DNA of 54,647 nt from Chromera velia. Its lineage: Eukaryota. The position numbers and the translations under genes are program-made. Below the pieces are notes generated by a model that saw only the letters and a list, made by a program, of their open reading frames with translations, had not been told where the DNA came from and made no database searches. Shown here piece by piece: positions 50,210-54,647 of the stretch. The number at the start of each line of letters is the position of its first letter. Within the stretch, counting starts at the first letter, position 1. The stretch covers positions 1 to 54,647 of the forward strand of contig JAHBMJ010000211.1 of NCBI GenBank assembly GCA_018398765.1, read 5' to 3'.

Positions 50210-50286
50210 CTTTTCTTTTCTTTCTTTCTTTTCTTTTCTTTCTTTCTTTCTTTCTTTCTTTCTTTTTTGCTTTCTTTTTTGCTGTG

Positions 50287-50323
<37 letters not shown>

Positions 50324-50345
50324 GTACGTGCGTGCGCGTCACGGT

Positions 50346-50389
<44 letters not shown>

Positions 50390-51240
50390 GTGTGTGTGTC
50401 TGTCTGTGTGTGTGTATTCTCTGCAGAGCTCAGGCAAAGATTTATAAGAAGTGCCTCTTTTGTGCTAGCTGTCGTTGTACGGGCTCCTTTCCCCCCTGAT
50501 GGTGGCTATTTTGGAAACGGGGGGGTTTAATTTAGCAGACACCGTTAACGTCAGTTAGAGAAAGCAAGTGTGGATAGAAGGATGATGTAGTGAAAGCGAA
50601 TGGTATGAATACGTCTCACAGAAATCTTGAAGGCCGGAGAGTGCAGGTGTTTCCATATGAAGGAAACAGAGAGCCACTTGAACCAAAAATTGACCGGATT
50701 TGAGAAATGGAGTATAAAAACAAGAGGGTGTAAAGCGTCAATGTGCCTTTTATGAATACTCATTATCCGTGACGCGTGGCGTTGCTCGCGCATTCTTGCA
50801 GTATTTGTATAGGCAAGTATAGTCTACCCAACAAGAAGGTCTTTGCTCATACATCGCATTTGATCTCTGTTCGACAGGTAGGTAAGGCGATCTTCAGCTT
50901 GCTCACCGATGAATACGTCCGGCTGCAGAATGAGTACAATGTCTTCCACATGGGAGCTCTTCAAGAGAATAAAGACCTCATCCAACTGGCGACCCGTCTC
51001 CTCTGTGTGTGGAAGACTGAGGGGCCTGACGGTAAGACGCTTAGCAATCTTCTCAAAACATCAGGAGACAGAGTTAGTGAGTGCATTTGCTATGCTTTCG
51101 CGATCGAAGAGGCAACAGAGAGGGAACGAGAAAGACATATGCAGCATACACTTTCTCTGTTGCCATATAACCTAGCGTGTAACTATCCGGGATTCGTTTT
51201 GCTCTCTTTTTTTCCACTCCAGCGGTGTCTACTGTTCTGC

Positions 51241-51294
<54 letters not shown>

Positions 51295-51323
51295 GTGTAT
51301 GTGTGTGTCTGTATGTGTGTGTG

Positions 51324-51365
<42 letters not shown>

Positions 51366-52415
51366 CAAATCAGAGGTGTGTGTCGGCTTCTTTCTTCAAA
51401 CTTCTCGAATATTTTGCGCTTCAATATGCAGAACAGAGGAAAAAACTCAGATGCACAAATGCGGTCTGAGTTCTTCCACTTTGGCGGCTTCTCCCGGGCA
51501 TGGGCAACCCGGGAGGGAGCAGCCGCACAAATTCTAGAGATCGCAATCTAGTATGTTAGGTAATGAGAGGCCTCAAGACCTTTATTCTAAAGTCCTTCAA
51601 GTATGAATGGTACTGTTTTCTTTGTTTCTGTTTTTGACACACCGGCCCCACAAGTTATTTTGTTTGCTCTGAATTGAAAATCCATGGAAGAGTTTAACGA
51701 TCTGATGAAACACTGTGACATCTTCATCCATTCGACGTTCCTCGCGTCTCTTTACTCGACTAGAACTTTTAAATAGATTGAAGAGTGGGGCAAATCGAGT
51801 GGCAACTCTCAAAAATTGGATGCCAACATGTTTTGGCATTTTTTTACGTGAATAAATATGTGATGAGTGTTCATGTGCCTTCTGTAACTCTCCGTTTTTA
51901 ACTGTTCTTGTCTTCCTGCACCTGCAGCCTCACGCGCCCCCAGCTGACCTTCGAGGAGAGAATGCGGAGGCAGCAGATGCGACCCCCTCTCAGTGACCGA
52001 CCCCCGCTGGAGTAGGTGGAGGCAAGATTGCTGAAGATCGCGGTTAGTTGCGAAGATGCCTGTTTGCTGCATATTAGATGGTGTTCGTGTCGTTCTTTGA
52101 ATATACTCTCAGCAAGGGACAGCAATCTGCGCTGTAGAAAGATGATAAATCCTCTGTACATTGATGTATACCTAAATGTGTTAGAGCTTTAACGGTAACT
52201 GTTCTTGTACTCACTCAGCCGATGCTGAACTCTTGTAGTGGCAAGCAGAATCAAAGAAAAGCTCCTTTTTCTATCTCCTCTTTTTTCTTTTGATGTGTTG
52301 CCCTAATCTTGCGGGCCCTCTTATGGGATGATTTGTATGAGAGGTTGTTTTGGCTGTCATGATTTCTGCTGGGTCCTGGGGAACTGAAATGATCTGTGAC
52401 TGTTGAATGGTTGTC
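49154..52415. repeat. Diverged dispersed duplication (49154-49740 and 51862-52415)
   Basis: Collinear shared blocks GATGAGTGTTCATGT, CAGCCTCA..CCCCAGCT, GTTGCGAAGATGC, AATCCTCTGTA, TTTTGATGTGTTGC and GGGGAACTGAAATGATCTGTGACT. Confidence 0.85.
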
Positions 52416-54647
52416 CCATCTTCGTATGATCTTTTCCTTCTGCATGTGAAGCATGACTTCTCGGTGGTTATTCAAAATGCTTGAAGGGGGCAGCGGAAAC
52501 GTTGGAGGATTTGTAGATTTGTTTGCTTCTTGTCTATCTCTCTATCTGTCTGTCTATCTGTCTGTCTGTCTATTTGTCTGTCTGAGATGTTGTGATGTTC
52601 TTTTTTCTTTGTTGCTTTCTCTCTTTTTGTTTGTTGTGTTTATAAAGAAGAGGAGGGAAAGAAACCATATAGTCTGTCTGTCTATCTGTCTGTCTGTCTT
52701 CGGAAAGAGTGAAGTGAAGAAAAAACGATATAGTCTGTCTGCCTTTCCTCCGGTTGTCTCTCTCCTCCTGTGCCCTTTCTCTTTCCCCCCCCCCTCATAC
52801 TCCCCCTCTTCCCTCATTTTCCTCTCTGCAGAATGCGGAGTGGGAAGTGCTAGCTGGTACTCTCCCCTTGCCTGGGAACAATCCATCATCGCCATGTTGG
52901 GGGTCGTCAGGGCCCTCAAATAGCTCCATGGGAAGGCAAGAGCCGGCCCCTCTAATTGAAAGGCCAGCTAAATCCTTTTGATGGCTACTCGGAGCCTGAC
53001 TCGTTTAAGTCAGGTTATTCTCGGGGATCTGGGGGCGGCAAAGGGTTTTTTTATGTTGCAGTCAGTTAGTTTTTCATTGCGTTTGATGTTGCAGTCTGTT
53101 GCTTTTTTCTTTATTTTGATTGCCTAACCTCATTGGAATGTGCGCGTCATTTCCTTTATCTCTGCTTGCAGAATGGACTTCAAGAAGAGAGACAGAAGTA
53201 CCAACTCATGATGTGAAACCCAGACGGTATATAGCCCCTTCAATTTCCACAACAATCTTTACAGAATCTTTCGGCCCAAAAAAAACAGCTTGCAGTTCCT
53301 TTCTCTAGGATATTCTAAGGATGGCGAACGTCGGTGAGTTGTGGTGAGTCAACACATTGTCACTGTACCAAGCACCTGCGTATTGATCTGATCTGTCCAT
53401 TATAATTTTACCCGTTGCTTGGGATGCGCGCTGCAGGTCCGGATAGGAATCAGACCCAACAGACAGTAAATTTTGTGAAGGTGCAGCTTCTATCAGCTAC
53501 CGGTCTGCATAGCATACAGCCAGGGGCAGAAATAAGAGCTTGGATGCAGGGGGCTTGATGTGTCATCCTGGCAAAAGAAGTATACACCGTGCTTGATAGC
53601 AAACGTGAGTCTCCCTTTGATATGCAAGGCAGAAGGAGCGTGACATAGCGCCACATTGTGTGCGCGCGTTTATAAGGGGCTAATATTCTCAGTGTGCACT
53701 TATCTACAGAACTGCATGATAAGAAAATGCTCCTCTCCACGAGTGCCAGCTTTTGTTCCTGTCTATGCATGCAAGTATGTTTTGCATTTCTTCCCGTCTC
53801 CCTGTTTGTGTTGAAAATTTTTTAAACGACGTTTGTTGCTCTCTCTTTATTTTGATTGCCCGACCTTGTTGGAATGTGTGCATCATTTCCTGTATCTCTC
53901 CTTGCAGAATGGACTCCAAGAGGAGAGACAGAAGTACCGTCTGATGATGTGAAACGAGGACGGAACCTTGCGTCCGCCTACGGGTGAGGAGCTGGAGTCT
54001 TTCGAGAAAGCATTCAGGGAACTCGCCGCATAGCCCCACCAACAGCAGCAACAAGATGAGGCCAAGGTCGAGTTGTGTGCAGCTCCTAACTTAGAGAAGC
54101 TTCAGGAAGAGATGCAGCGAGGCCAGGAGGGGAAAGTCCCCGACTACCCCTTGGTGGGCAGGCTTTCAGTACCGTTGTTTCTTCATTGTGATTGATCTCC
54201 CGTTCCGAGAGAGGTGCTTAAATTCCCCCGTCTCTTCTTTTTTTTTCTTCATCGTTCCTTCCCTTTTCCTTTCGTGCTGTCCTTCTTCCTTTTTCTTCTT
54301 TTCTTCTTGAATTTGTTTTCTTCACTGCTCCTCTTGTGTATGCCTCTGCATTATCTTTATGTAAGTTCTAGAGTTAGACTTCCCATACGTCACTCTTTCA
54401 CCGAAGTGCTTTTATTCTGTCCGTTACCAAGGTCTACTGTAGAAAGACTCTCACATTGACCTGGAATGATCCAATCCTTGAATTTTTGCATGTAGGGTGA
54501 TCATAAGCGCGCGCACAGTCAGCACGAGAGACAAGGAAAGAAAACTATCCCAGCAATGTCAGTACAGTTACACTTCATGGATGGACGCAGTACATATTGG
54601 ACATCTTTCTGAGTTTCTCTTGCTTCCTCCCGTTCCCTCCCCCCCCC

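Larger units (their letters stand above)
42500..54170 (+). pseudogene. Probable decayed multi-exon gene interrupted by the CMC element
   Basis: Removing the element joins MWASKT..GI*YEKQ to LFNSTPLEQLRQPLKELQEALEQ. Further exon-like blocks with splice signals at 50878-51031, 52831-about 52975, 53172-53334 and 53908-54170 contain occasional TAG/TGA. Linking them into one gene is inferred. Confidence 0.4.

Overview
Eukaryotic genomic DNA with GT-AG introns, microsatellite-rich introns and a 220-N gap. Gene style and promoter motifs suggest a chromerid/apicomplexan-related protist such as Chromera (inference only). Apparently intact genes: a secreted histidine phosphatase (2 exons), an ankyrin + HET-like + LRR-like protein, a multi-exon low-complexity protein, a 5-exon amphipathic perilipin-like protein, an MgtE/SLC41 Mg2+ transporter, a Pro/Ser-rich repeat protein and a Mind bomb/KEG SH3-repeat protein. 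A bacterial-type Gfo/Idh/MocA oxidoreductase carries a 1-bp frameshift. Between the genes lie decayed DNA transposons: a hAT deletion derivative with a BED finger, a MULE/SWIM remnant, several MITEs, a 2.4-kb 46-bp minisatellite, and a 6.0-kb CMC/EnSpm-like element with two convergent genes, atypical ATACCGC termini and a probable AATT target duplication. The main signal is how these elements decayed. Three transposon reading frames carry 17 in-frame stops and no frameshifts, and paired repeats differ mostly by C>T/G>A at CpG and CpA. This points to a RIP-like or methylation-deamination genome-defence process in a non-fungal protist.
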